NCBI GenBank assembly: GCA_030390025.1
Contig: CM059451.1
Location: forward strand, 21,204,001-21,268,000
Source of the DNA: Squalus acanthias
Lineage: Eukaryota
Direction: 5' to 3'
Length of the DNA: 64,000 bases
Shown here piece after piece: positions 1 through 12,000 of this stretch; position 1 is the first letter of the stretch, and every line of letters starts with the position of its first letter. The translations under genes were made by a program, and so were the position numbers. Under the pieces are notes generated by a model that saw nothing but the letters and a program-made list of their open reading frames with translations, was not told where the DNA came from and did not search any database.

Positions 1-142
1 TTGGATATTAAGGGAATCAAGGGATATGGGGATAGTGCAGGAAAGTGGAGTTGAGGTCAAAGATCAGCCATGATCTTATTGAATGGCGGAGCAGGCTCGA
101 AGGGCCAAATGGCCGACTCCTGCTCCTATTTCTTATGTTCTT
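1..142 (+). mobile_element. CR1-type LINE 3' end
   Basis: Near-identical to the tail of the CR1 at 39120-39270. Confidence 0.85.
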
Positions 143-545
143 AAATAGCGCCTTTCTTGGCCTCAGGGCATCCAAAGCACTTCACAGCCAATAAAATAGT
201 TTTGAAGGGTAGTGACTATTGTAGTGTAGTGAAACACCGCAGCCAAATTGCACACAGCAAGCTCCCACAAACAGCAGTGAGATAAATGGCCAGATAATTT
301 GTTTCATTGATGTTGGTTGTGGGATAAATGGTCAGGACACCGGGGAGAACTCCCCTGCTCTTCTTCAAATAGTGCCATGGGATCTTTTATGTCAGTCTAA
401 CATCTTATCCGAAAGACGGCACCTCCAACAGTGCAGCACTCCCTCAAAGTGTCAGGCTAGATTATGTGCTCAAGTCTCTGGAGTGGGGCTTGAACCCACA
501 ACCTTCTGATGCAGAGGTGAAAGGACTAACACTGAGACACGGCCA
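143..545 (-). mobile_element. Deu-domain SINE (SacSINE1/AmnSINE1-like)
   Basis: Reverse complement of the family at 60104-60562. Confidence 0.8.
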
Positions 546-1284
546 TATCAATATTCACATTTATGCTAACAGGCTCATTATTATCAATGTATGCTACCTA
601 AATGTTGTGTAAAATCAACAGATGCACCAATATACAAACCAGTGGACATCTTAATATAAAAACACTTTGGAAAATAGCTGCAGTAAGCAATGTGTGTTAT
701 GTTAGCTTTGAGTGCATAAAGATTTCATGGTGTGAATTGCTTACATCATGTCAAGGACGATGTTCTCTTAAAGGGGAATGTTGATGTTTTGGGGGTGAAA
801 AGAAGTCAGAAAAACTGTGCGAGTTTCATCATGATGACACCACGTGGAAGTGATTCAAAGACTTTATTGCAATGTGGTAATTCCCGATGCAAATTATGTC
901 ATTGCGTCACATGTTTACAAATAGCAAAGAAAACCTCATATGATGAATTGTCAGGAGTGGAATTGTTCCTTTAAGTGTACACCTGATTGTACACTAATGA
1001 TCTACACTTATAACCAATGTATACACTTCATCTTAAGTACTCTTGTTCTCCCTTTTGGATGTATGCGCCTTCTGACAAGGGTCAATAGCTTGGCATCCAA
1101 GATACCTGTTGGACTACTAGGTTTTAAAATCCAACAGACTGCTGATTTTCACCGTTTTTCCTCAGATATCTGCTCCAGATTCCAAGGTAAAACACTGTTT
1201 AGATGTTTGCTTTTCAAGTTTGGAACAGAGAGCAGAACGGCTAATTGGGATGGCTTGCTTCAGGCTAAAAGCATTTTTTTTTAG

Positions 1285-2143
1285 GCTCTCAAACCTGGTA
1301 TTTTATGCTGCTTGACTTGTTACTATTAAAGGTAAGTTTCAATCCCCACTTTATTATGTTGTCACACAAAAAATGAATTTGCAGACCAATAGAAGTTACC
1401 CAGCTATAACAAAAACAGAATCTGATGGAAATTCACAGCACATATGGGCAGGTATTTCTTATGGGCATACCAGTCACTCTATGCTATTATCATGGACGAG
1501 GAACAGGAGCAGCACAGAATAGAGCTCAGGAGAGTCAAGCACCATTCAAGAAGGATGCAAGAGGGGTGACCAAATAGAGGTCTTTAAACTTATGAAGGGG
1601 TTTGTTAGGGTAGACATAGAGAAGATGTTTCCGCTTGTGAGGAAATCCAAAACTTGGGGTCATAAATATAAAATAATCACTAATAAATCCAATGGGGAAT
1701 TCAGGAGAAACTTCTTTACCCAGAGAGTGGTTAGAATGTGGAACTCGCTACCACAGGGAGTGGTTGAGGCGAATAGCACAGATGCATTTAAGGGGAAGCT
1801 AGATAAACACGAGGGAGAAAGGAATAGAAGGATATGCTGATTGAGATAGATAAAGTAGAGTGGGAGGAGGCTTGTGTGGAGCATAGACCAGTTGGGCTGA
1901 ATGGCCTGTTTCAATGCTGTAAATTCTATGTAATTCTATGTATCCTATCCCTTGTGACCAACCACATTGGAGCTCGAGGGCTCTGCAGTCTGCTGCTGGT
2001 TTAAGTCTAATTTTAACAAGCGTTTCCCCTCCCCACCCCCACAGTTCTTCCTGATAAAGCTGCAGCTAGTGGAGGAAGCCACTGAGAAAAAAAGTGTCAG
2101 TGTGAGTGAGCGGCTTTTACCAAAACAGAACATTGAACTTTAA
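1285..2143 (+). other. Candidate last two exons (1285-1331; 2045 onward) of an unidentified upstream gene
   Basis: T-tract ag...AAG|GTAAGT, and pyrimidine tract + cag at 2044; downstream AATAAA motifs; protein not recognised. Confidence 0.3.
1573..1940 (+). mobile_element. CR1-type LINE 3' fragment
   Basis: [20 protein letters not shown]2 C-terminus; (aattctatgt)n tail. Confidence 0.85.
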
Positions 2144-2794
2144 TGGGGCACTGTCTTCTGGTCATGTCTTGTGACACTTTATCAGGTTTGTGAACAGGGG
2201 AATGGCACACAAGGACATCAGCACATCACCAATCACATCTGCTGCTACAAATCTGTAAAGGTTAATAAAGACTAACACTTGAAAGCCCCCAGAAAGCACG
2301 TACAATATCTACTATAAGGCAAGCTGGTGCCCGAGTGGAGTGTTTTTCTTTGAGTAAGTTATGCTTGATTGTTTCAAGAATTTGGCTCTCTAAACCCACC
2401 CCCGCCCCTTCTTAAAGAGGGCATCTTGCCACAGAAATCCCTTCTTGAAAATCAAAGAATTAACTTTCTGTTAATTGTTTTTGAAAGTAATTTTCTCCTC
2501 TCTCTTTCCCTTGGTCTCCCTGCAGCGCACACTAACTGCGGCTAAGCAGGCAGGTCACATGCTCCTAATTTTCTGCTAAGGGTGAGCACAAACTCATACC
2601 TTCGTGCTCTGTAGCAACCAATGACGGCCCAAGGTGTTGTGTTGCATTTCTTCATTTAAAAAATTGGTTAAGAGCTCTCATCGGAAGTTCTGGCTTGTGC
2701 TCACGGTGCGTAGAAATTAAATCAACATCAGCAGATACAATAATCAGGGCCAGGGGTCTCAACACTTTTCACCATTTGAACCCTGTGTTAATAT

Positions 2795-3100
2795 GGGGTA
2801 TGGTAGCATAGTGACTTATGTTATGGACTAGTAATCCAGAGGCTTATGATCCGGAGACATGAGTTCAAATCCCACCACGGCAATTAAATAAATCTGGAAT
2901 AAAAAGCTAGTATCAGTCATGGTGACTGCTGGATTGTTGTAAAAACCCATTTGGTTCACTGGAAGGAAATCTGCTGTCCTTATCCGGTCGGGCCTATATG
3001 TGACTCCAGACCCGTTGAAATGTGGCTCACCACTACCTTCTCAAGGGCAATAAATGCTGGCCTTGCCAGTGACGCCCACATCCCGTGAATGATTTTTTTT
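2795..3100 (+). mobile_element. tRNA-headed SINE sharing its tail with the 46.3-47.7 kb LINE
   Basis: B-box gagttcaaatccc; tail ctcaccactaccttctcaagggcaataaatgctggccttgccag..cacatccc. Confidence 0.75.
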
Positions 3101-5145
3101 AAATTCAGTCACTGCTCATTTTGATGGAATAACCAGTGTTAACTATATTTAAATAAAATATCAACACAGAAAAAACTCAACCAGGATGCTAGGGCTCACA
3201 AAATGACGGAGCAACTCGAAGAGGTAAATGACCTGCCCCTCCTATGTCATGAAGTTAAGCTCTTTAATGTTGTGATTTTTAAAAGGGATTGGGGGGAGGG
3301 GTGGGTGGACTAATGAGGAGACTCCTTCTTTAAGATTGATTTTTTTTTCTGGCAAGTTACAATTGATGTTAGAAGGACTGTACTGCAATTTAAATTATTG
3401 ACCAAAAGATGGGGTTCGAACGATTTGTCACTTAGCTTCTTTCTTTTTCGTTCCCAAATGCAAAGGAATTATGCATTTATACTACGAGGTGTGTGCGCAA
3501 TAAATGATTATTACAGAACCACATTCGTTCCTTATTAGAGACCCCCAGAATCTGCTGAATTTTATAAAGTTGAAAGCCAGCATTTTGCCCCTTTATCTGC
3601 ACCAACAATCGTACTAAAGATGGGAGACCTAAATTAGGCACTTAAAATAGTCCCAGCAATCGCAGCGCAACAGTTACTATAGTTTACTGCTAAACTACGA
3701 AATGCCAGTTCGCATCCTGAGTTTTATTAACATTTTCTCATCAAATTCACAATTTCTGTTTACATGCGAGGGAGATATCTAATGGGCAGACATCATAAAT
3801 ATCCAACATCATATTGTATTCCGTGGGTCTCCAGCAGGTCCCTAACATGTACTAGGCACTAAATGTTCTCTGTCATAAATGCTGTCGCGTTTTGAGGAAC
3901 ATGTATGAATGCCTTACTGTGCAACAGCAGCCAGCAGTGGGATCTGAAGAGAATGATTTTCACCCAGTGTCTGAGGAGTAGGCAAGAAGCTGTCAAAAGA
4001 CTGTGCTGATCCCTGGTTCAGCCCCCTTTTTTTTTTAAGCGGCAACTCATTTGTATTTCAGTTGTGCTCCCTGTCCCTGCTGTTGAAATAAATTGATAGA
4101 TTCTATTTTACATGGGCTGCGTGTCAGGCCATCCTGGGATCTTATTAAAAAGTGCACAGGTTTGACTGACGACTCACATTTCTTCATCCACATCCTTGCT
4201 GGGCGAGTGTCTGAGGAATAACTTTATGGAATTATTCAGAAAAAAAAATCAATGTGCAGGCTTGTCACACACAGGTCAATCCTCCCTGCAAGTAGGAGTC
4301 TCTTACCAAACTGTCAATATTTTTCAAATCCGCTGCATAAATCATTTTTGTAACAAAATGTGTGCAGCTGTCTGTTTCCTTGCATCTGGATTTAATACTT
4401 CCTTTCATCTCTATTTGACTGAATGGAAACAAATTCAATGCATTTTATTTTCTTCAAAGTTGCACCAGAAATATTTTACAAACTAACCGGCCCTTTTTCT
4501 TCAAATGTACATTTTCCCCTTTATTTTCTGTCTGTCTGACTACCCCTCCCTATACTTACCTCTCCAGATCTATTTTTTTTATTATCCTTGGTCAAGGTGA
4601 GATGTCCTAACCAGCTTTTCACTCCACAGAAGATGTCTGTGCTGCTCTTATACGATCCACTAGGAGGTGCTCATGAGCTGGAAGCAGTGGGGAAGAGGAG
4701 GCCAGGGGCCCATCTTCCGCACCTCACCGGTCAAAATCCCACCCTGCTGCGCACGACTAATTTCACTTTCAAAACCCATGTTCTACAGAAGCTCATGCAT
4801 GAATGCTCTGAAGATGTTGCAGTGATATTTTCTCAGTATATAAACAAGAACTTTGAAGTGGGAGAGAGAACAGGGCAGCGGGAATCACTTTTGGACTGTT
4901 CCAGCAAAGACCAGTCACGGACATGATGCGCCAAATGGCCTCCTTCTGTGCTGCTGTGGCTCAATGATTCTAACTTCCAATTGTTCAAAAAAAATCTGTG
5001 GTGGGGTGAGATCTCCCTGCAATACCTCTTACAAACTGAGTTCCCACTCTCAGCGTGGTAACCAAGTGAAGGCCAAAAGGTAGATTTTCGCAGTCCTTGA
5101 CCATGGTGACATGGTCAGTTGTGAGTGTGCACCGAGAACTCAGAG

Positions 5146-5303
5146 GGGCATGAATTTGTGTTGGGCGTTAATGTAAAATGGTCGATAACGAATCGGCACT
5201 CTGCCCGATTTTCTTTGCAAAGGGATTCCAGGCGGGGTGTAAAACGGGTAGCTGATTCACCATCGCCCGTTTTGTGCTACTGCCCAAGACCAATTTATAT
5301 CCC
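5146..5303. mobile_element. Short MITE (related copy at 56016-56166)
   Basis: Imperfect TIRs ggggcatgaatt / aatttatatccc; internal inverted aaaacggg motifs. Confidence 0.55.
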
Positions 5304-5772
5304 AGAAATTCTATCCTCAGAGGTTTCATACAAGGAGGTAGAGGAAGACAGTCCTTTCACACACCTCCTGTCATCTGCTTTCAGGACAGAATTGGTGGAG
5401 GCCTTGGACACAATCACCCACCGGCCCTTTCAGTCACAGATTGTGAGTGGGGTAAGGAGGCGATGGCATGGAGAGAAAAATATCCCCTTAAAGAGGGAGA
5501 CTTGCCCTCCACAAAAGAAAAAAGTTTCTTCCAGGGCTGTCCGTTAAAATACTTGAGTTGCTTTTTAAACAGCAGAGGTCCATTTGCTGCAAGTTTTCCT
5601 TTGTGCATTCATTGGAACTGACCTCTCCTGTTCTTTCCTATGTCCCTGACAATCACAGCACTAGAACCTAGGAGACAAGCACAGATGACAGTGACAGGAG
5701 TACACAAAGCACATGTTCCTGAAATCCAGCCTCCACTGCAAATACTTGAATGGCACTATAAGAAAATGTTGT

Positions 5773-6207
5773 CAGCTGTGGCTCAGTTGGTAGCACTCTT
5801 GCCTGAAGATCGTCCCACTCCAAAGACTTTGAGCACGCACAAAATCTAGGCTGACACTCCAGTGCTGTACTGAGGGAGTGCTGCACTGTCAGAGGTGCCG
5901 TTTTTCGGATGAGACATTAAACCGAGGCCCCGTCTGCTCTCTCAGGTGGATGTAAAAGATCCCACGGCCACTATTTCGAAGAAGAGCAACATTTTCTTCT
6001 AGTGCCATTCAAGCTATCCTGGCCAATATTTATCCCGCAACCAACACCACCAAAAACAGACTATCACATTGCTGCTTGTGGGAACTTGCTGTGCACAAAT
6101 TGCCTGCTGCATTGACATTACAACAGCGACTACACTTCAAAAGTACTTCATTGGCTGTAAAACGCTTTGGGACGTCCTGAAAGGTGCTATATAAATGCAA
6201 GTCTTTC
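5773..6207 (+). mobile_element. Deu-domain SINE
   Basis: tRNA-like head gctgtggctcagttggtagc; core gtaaaagatccc..ggccaatatttatccc; tail gctatataaatgcaagtc. Confidence 0.85.
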
Positions 6208-6239
6208 TATGTGAATACTTCAGTATTTGAAAAGATGGT

Positions 6240-6371
6240 GGGGGTGAATTTCCTCAGGGCTTCTCCAACTGTGCTGCTGTAACTTCAGCAGAAACCCCGT
6301 TTACACGTGCGTACAGGGTTTCTGCTGAAGTTAGGGCGGTGGAACGGGCAAAGCCCCGAGGAAATTCACCT
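6240..6371. mobile_element. ~130-bp hairpin MITE
   Basis: ggtgaatttcctc..aacttcagcagaaaccc / gggtttctgctgaagtt..gaggaaattcacc. Confidence 0.7.
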
Positions 6372-7091
6372 TTTACTCATCAAGCCTATTTGTTCCACAG
6401 ACTGTGTTTTTTCACCGACTCTGTCCAACTTATTTCATCTCCTGAGGGAGGTAAATAACTATGGGTGAAACAAGCAACAAGAACATTTCTGTCTGACCCC
6501 TGAGGCTTCTTGTTCAGCTCGTGTATGAGTTGTATTGGAGAAGCATCAGAATGGTGACAAAAAGAAAGGAGGAAGTAGAGATAGCGAGATGGCTGGCTAG
6601 GCGAAGCATTGTTACAGAAAATCAGCCTGACAGGCATTGCATGAATGAAAAGAGATGTGCCCTTTGAAAATTGAGATGCCTTTTCAGTACTCAAAGGGTT
6701 AGGAGAGGAATTGTGAAATGGCTATAAAGAAAGGTTTCTACTGCCCCCTAATGGTAAAATCTGCCAGGCACAATCCTCACAACATTTTAATTTCAATAGA
6801 AAAATCATCAGATTCAGGGGACAAAGTGTTGAGGTGCAAAAAAACTAAAGGCTTAGAACAAATGCTGATATATAGTATAAAGACACAAAGACGGAATTTG
6901 TGACGCAGCGATGGCAATGCGAAATCAATCTCTCCTGGTGCTACAAATTCTTTTTACGTAGAATGTACAGAAACAGGCCATTCGGCCCAACTGGTCCATG
7001 CCGGTGTTTATGCTCCACACCAACCTCCTCCCACCCCTCTTCATCTCACCCTATCAGCATATCCTTCTATTCCTTTCTCCCTCATGGAAAA

Positions 7092-7495
7092 TAGGGTTGC
7101 CAAGTTTGGATGGACGTATTCTTGGAAGTTTTATCACATGACCTCCCGACTCCAACTGCCCCCCCCCTCCCCCCCCCCCCCCCCCCCACTCCTGCCATTG
7201 GTCACCCAACACGTGCATCCTCACGGTGCCCCACCTTCCCACGGCCAATCAGAAAGCAATCAGAATCTTTGTTGTCTGATTGGATGATTCTTGACTGTGA
7301 AACGGTCTTTTTCCCCCCCAATCTGCAACATTTTTATAACTAATAAATGAAAAAGTGTTCAAACAAAATGAAAAAACACACTAAACACCATTTTCTTTCA
7401 ACGCCCCTATGATTTTTCTCCGGGTTGTTTGTGTCTGGGAAATCAATCTTTAATTCCTGAAGACTCCAGGGCAATCCTGGACAGTTGGCAACCTG
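7092..7495. mobile_element. hAT-like non-autonomous transposon abutting a CR1 tail (6960-7085, minus strand)
   Basis: TIRs TAGGGTTGCCAA / TTGGCAACC; no clear TSD. Confidence 0.65.
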
Positions 7496-8086
7496 TAACT
7501 GGGAAAACATGCAAAGTTTCTGAGTTGGACAGCTGTGCGTGCTTTGGAGAGGGCGTACATTCAAGCGACAACGTCCAGAATAGCAGGTCCTGCATCAAAT
7601 CAATGTTGCATGCTGATTGACGTCACAATATGACTCATTACCATTTTTCCAACGGCCGCGCTGCTGACCTGCCCAAAATGTCGGCCGCCGCAGTTGGTGA
7701 CAGAAGTGGGCGGAAGCGAATCCACACACCCTTATCCCAATGCCAGAATCATAGACCCATTTTTAATGATAAGAGACACATAGTAGTGTAAAGAAGGGGA
7801 ACTGGCTCACAGTTGCAGATCACTTGGACCAGCAGTATAAACCCAGCTCAAGTCATTAAAATCCTGTTAGATGCTCTGCTGGGAAGGCTGCAAGTTTTTT
7901 TTTCTTTCTGGATGAATGAGCGAAGATGGGCAGAACTACCTCCCTCATCAGTCTTGTGTGAATCTGAACAATTGTACTCTAAATGGGGGGAAAAAATACT
8001 GTAAAACATCGAGATAAAAGACCAGGGCAGATGACTACAAATGGTTGCTCTGCAGCAGACTCCTCCTCTCTGCTTAGTGCCAACTA

Positions 8087-8515
8087 GAAAAGAAAAGACT
8101 TGCATTTCTATAGCGCCTTTTACATGACCACCGGACGTCTCAAAGCGCTTTACAGCCAATGAAATACTTTTTGAAGTGGAGTCGCTGTTGTAATGTGGGA
8201 AACGCAGCAGCCAATTTGCGCACAGCAAGCTCCCACAAACAGCAATGAGATAATGATCGGATAATCTGTTTTTCAGTGATGTTGATTGAGGGATAAATAT
8301 TGGCCAGGACACCGGGGAGAACTCCCTGCTCTTCTTCAAACTAGTGCCGTGGGATCTTTTACGCCCACCAGAGAGAGCAGACGGGTCTATGGTTTAACAC
8401 GGCAGCACTCCCTCAGTACTACACTGGGAGTGTCTGCCTAGATTTTTGTGCTCAAGTCTCTGGAACAGGACTTGAACCCACAACCTTCTGACTCAGAGGC
8501 ACTGAGCCACGGCTG
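8087..8515 (-). mobile_element. Deu-domain SINE adjoining the TROAP promoter
   Basis: Reverse-complement family copy with head and tail. Confidence 0.85.
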
Positions 8516-8619
8516 GCACTAGGATGGCTTTTGTCATTAATCAGCAATCAAATTAACAACAACAATCCATATCGTAATTAAAACAAAAAGAAAAACTTAT
8601 CGAATTCAATCAGGATATT

Positions 8620-8965
8620 ACTGCCTGTGTCGACTGCGGCAGTGGGCCTCCAGCATCCCGCGCATACTCCGCCTTTCTCTCGGTAGAGCTGGCTCGAGCT
8701 CACAAGAAGTCTCGCGAGAACTGATGAGACCTTGCGGGTTGTCTTGGTGATGTTTTTGCTCGGCGGCAGTGGATTGGACAGTTCGGCGGAGGAACGGGCC
8801 AATCGAAGGTTTGCTATCTTTTTACGAACTGGACGGGGAAAATTCAACATCCCCGCGGCCAGAGAGAACCGTCCGGAGCGAGCGATTGAGGCAAAGCCTG
8901 AGGAGAAGCTGCGCGGAGATCGAAAGGCAACTGGGTCTCGCTTGCAAAGGAAAACTTCACCGAGA
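8620..8965 (+). promoter_or_regulatory. TROAP CpG-rich promoter/5'UTR with CGCG element and CCAAT boxes
   Basis: High CpG density; palindrome TCTCGCGAGA at 8710-8719; GATTGG (~8772) and GCCAATC (~8798). Confidence 0.7.
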
Positions 8966-9021
8966 ATGGCAGCCGCCGAGAGGGGAGCGAACCCACGGGG
9001 TTCGGTTGCCACAGCCCCCAG
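8966..9021 (+). CDS. TROAP: TROAP exon 1 ([19 protein letters not shown])
   Basis: AGAATGG start in a CpG-rich region; donor CAG|GTGAGG; phase 2 matches exon 2. Confidence 0.8.
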
Positions 9022-12000
9022 GTGAGGATCTCCGATGGGCCGACGGGGCAGGAGGGTGACCCAGCTCTATATTCAGATAGCTCCAGGCCAAAGACGGCCA
9101 CTACAACATCCCACCGTTCAGGTCAACCGTTGGGGGTGTGACTAGGGAGCATATGGAGAATAATCGAGCCTGGGGAGACCCAGCCGGGAAGTATTGGCAC
9201 CAAGGTGGCCATTTAAACAGTAAGCACATTGTGCCTTCCCTCTGCAAAATATAATAGAATTCCTGCTTCATTATAATGAAGTTCTGACTAAGACATTGTG
9301 ATCTGTGCACAATGATACACAAATAATGTGTGCTGGGGGGTAGCTCTTAAGCTCAAGTACCCAGGGAGATGCTGACTGGGGTGTTGGGTCAATAGGGAGC
9401 CTCCATCAGGGTGCTGACTCATGTACCTTTTGCAGTCAATTTGAGAGCAGCATTGGCAGAAGCTTGGGATTGGGCCACCCTTTCTTGCAGGAGTTAAGGG
9501 TTACTTTGTTTAAGTAAAGTAAGACAACCAACTGATGTGGGGAAGCACAGCGTATTCATTATTTTGTATCACTACACAAATGCTATATAAATGTAAGTTG
9601 TTGAGTTTCCTGAGGGAGGGTGGGAGATGGTGAAGCGAATGAGAATCTGTAAGGCAAGAAACAGAAAAGGCTGGAAACACAGCAGGCTAGTCAGCATTTG
9701 TGGAGAGAACAGACAGTTGATGTTTTGGGTTTGCACCTTTCTGTGCAACTCAAAAATATGAGATGAGCAAGCCTATTAATAGAATCAGAAAAGGGGGAAG
9801 TGTTGTGGAGTGATTGCTGGATGATGAAACAAATCGTATCAGTCAACTAATGGAAATAAGCTGTTAAGAAAATACCTGGTAAGATGGGGCTAGTAACCTA
9901 GTTAATTAAACTGCTTTATTTCACAGCAAATGAATGTACAAAGCAATATTTATGATCAAACTCACTAAATTCAATCAGCACAACCTTTGTGTAGTGATAC
10001 AAAATAATGACTATGCTATGCTTCCCCACATCAGTTGGTTGTCTTGCTCTACTTATACAAAGTAACTCTGAACTACCCTGCTGCATTCTAAACTTCTAAG
10101 CCTAGCAAAAATCTTACCCTCTCAGCTTTCTGCTTAAAAACTGCAAAAGGAGAAAGAACAGTGTTCTTTCTTTTGGCGATGATGGACCTGCTGCGCTTTG
10201 CCAGTATCTTCTGTTTTAATTTCTAACCTGATCCCCAGGTTCTCTCTGTTTTCCATCTCTCCTATTTGCTCACCTTTTTCTTAGGCCTTCCACTGCCTTA
10301 GCCTTTCACACTTCCTTGGTTTCTTTAATGCTTCTTTCTATTATTTGACTGAGATGATCTGTGTTATAATCCAACAATCCTTCCACTGATACTTGCTCTC
10401 TGCTTTTGTTTTTTTCATCCCTGTCCCCTTTGATTGTATTAGTATGCTTGTTCATCTTGTATTTTTCAGTTCTGAAGACTGGTGTGAACCTGAAAAGTTG
10501 ACTGTTCTCTCCATAGATACTGACTGACCTGCTGTGTTTCCAGCTTTTTCTGTTTTTGTGTAATTTGCATTATTTTGCTTTTTTATGGGTGAATAACACT
10601 TTATAAAAATCTTGTATGGACAATCCAGTTGTAGGTAATTAGATTATCTGGTTAAATTAAAAATGTGATCTGGCCAGATAGCTTGCTTTTCTTTTGGATG
10701 TATCACTGTTTAGATCTGAAATGTAACAGCATAGACAAGCTGTGGACGGTCATCCCTTGTACAGAGAAATGATGTGTTGTAGTGACTGCTGTTGGAAGCG
10801 GGGTCTCTCTGGTTGGTGAGGTGCCGTACCGCAGGTTGTTTGAGGTAGCCAGGTCATGTGCTCTTGAGTGGTCTCGTTCTGAGACTTCCTCTGATGCATT
10901 GTGCCTGACCTGGCCTTTCCTGACCTTGGACCTCTCCATTCTTTCTCCCTCTCCCAAAGTATAGATCTATCCTAATGTGTATGGTTGGGAAATTACATAA
11001 AGACAATGCTGGTCGTGTGTAATCTAACTTTACTTGATGTACTGAAATGATGCTGGGTTAGTATGGGTAGCAGCTTACAAATGACCTATCCTGTTCTGCA
11101 TCACACATACAAAGTGAATATTGGTGAACTCTTAACCTGACATACTTGACTCAATTTAATGACCTACATGGAATGACCACAGTGTTTTTAAAGCTATTAG
11201 TACCAGTTATCACTTTTGGTTTAAGGGGTACTTTAAGCAAGCAGGTAGGAGATAGTGGACAAATGGGTTGCAGGCTAAGCGGGGCCAGCCAGGGATTGAG
11301 CGTGATATTTACTGGGAGCAGGCAGTGGTGCGAGAGGGGACTTGGATATTTAGTAGAATGTGGGATGGTGTTTGGCAACTTCCTGTTCCTTCTGTGGTCT
11401 TGGCCAATTTGGTTTGGACAGGGCAGTGGAGGGGTGGCAGGAAAGAGACCGGTGGAATTGATGCAGAAAAGACCCAGATGCTTTGTTGGCTTTCCAGGCA
11501 AAAACCTGTGCAACTCCAATCATCAACCTCCACCTTGATTAAACATCCATGAATGCTGTAGGCACACACTCACATGGTGATCAGTTTCAGTATGCTATTT
11601 GTTACCTGATAGAAGAGTAACCTGCCATCGTTTTGCTTTGGTATTGTGTGCAATATCATGCACCACAAAACATGGGGCTCAAAATAACTGACTATTTGGT
11701 TTCTTGGCAGAAATGCGTGTCTCGCTCACAAGGCTCGACCTGTGAAGCCAGCTGTGGCCAACAAAGAAAACTGTCCAAGACCAGTTAGGCCAGAGAAAGG
11801 AGCTGCTGTATGTGGAAGTAAACTACCTGTGCCAGTGAAAAAGCTAAAAGTAAAATCTGTTCCGGACTTCAAAAAGTTGCATCAAAATTGGGATCAGAAC
11901 TTCCAGAAGGTAAAGGTGTTATCCAGTACATGTGGCATTGCTAGGCAGTTGAGAACTTGCTGATCTGTAATGTGAGTTTGAGCAAAGTTTTGTATCCCAA

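Noticed and set aside
4555-4740. Minus-strand donor GAG|GTAAGT suggesting a divergent first exon
   Set aside because: A lone splice motif with no ORF or partner exon.
8732-8965. In-frame N-terminal extension of TROAP from a TTG
   Set aside because: Runs across promoter motifs, has no ATG, and stop-free frames are expected in GC-rich DNA.
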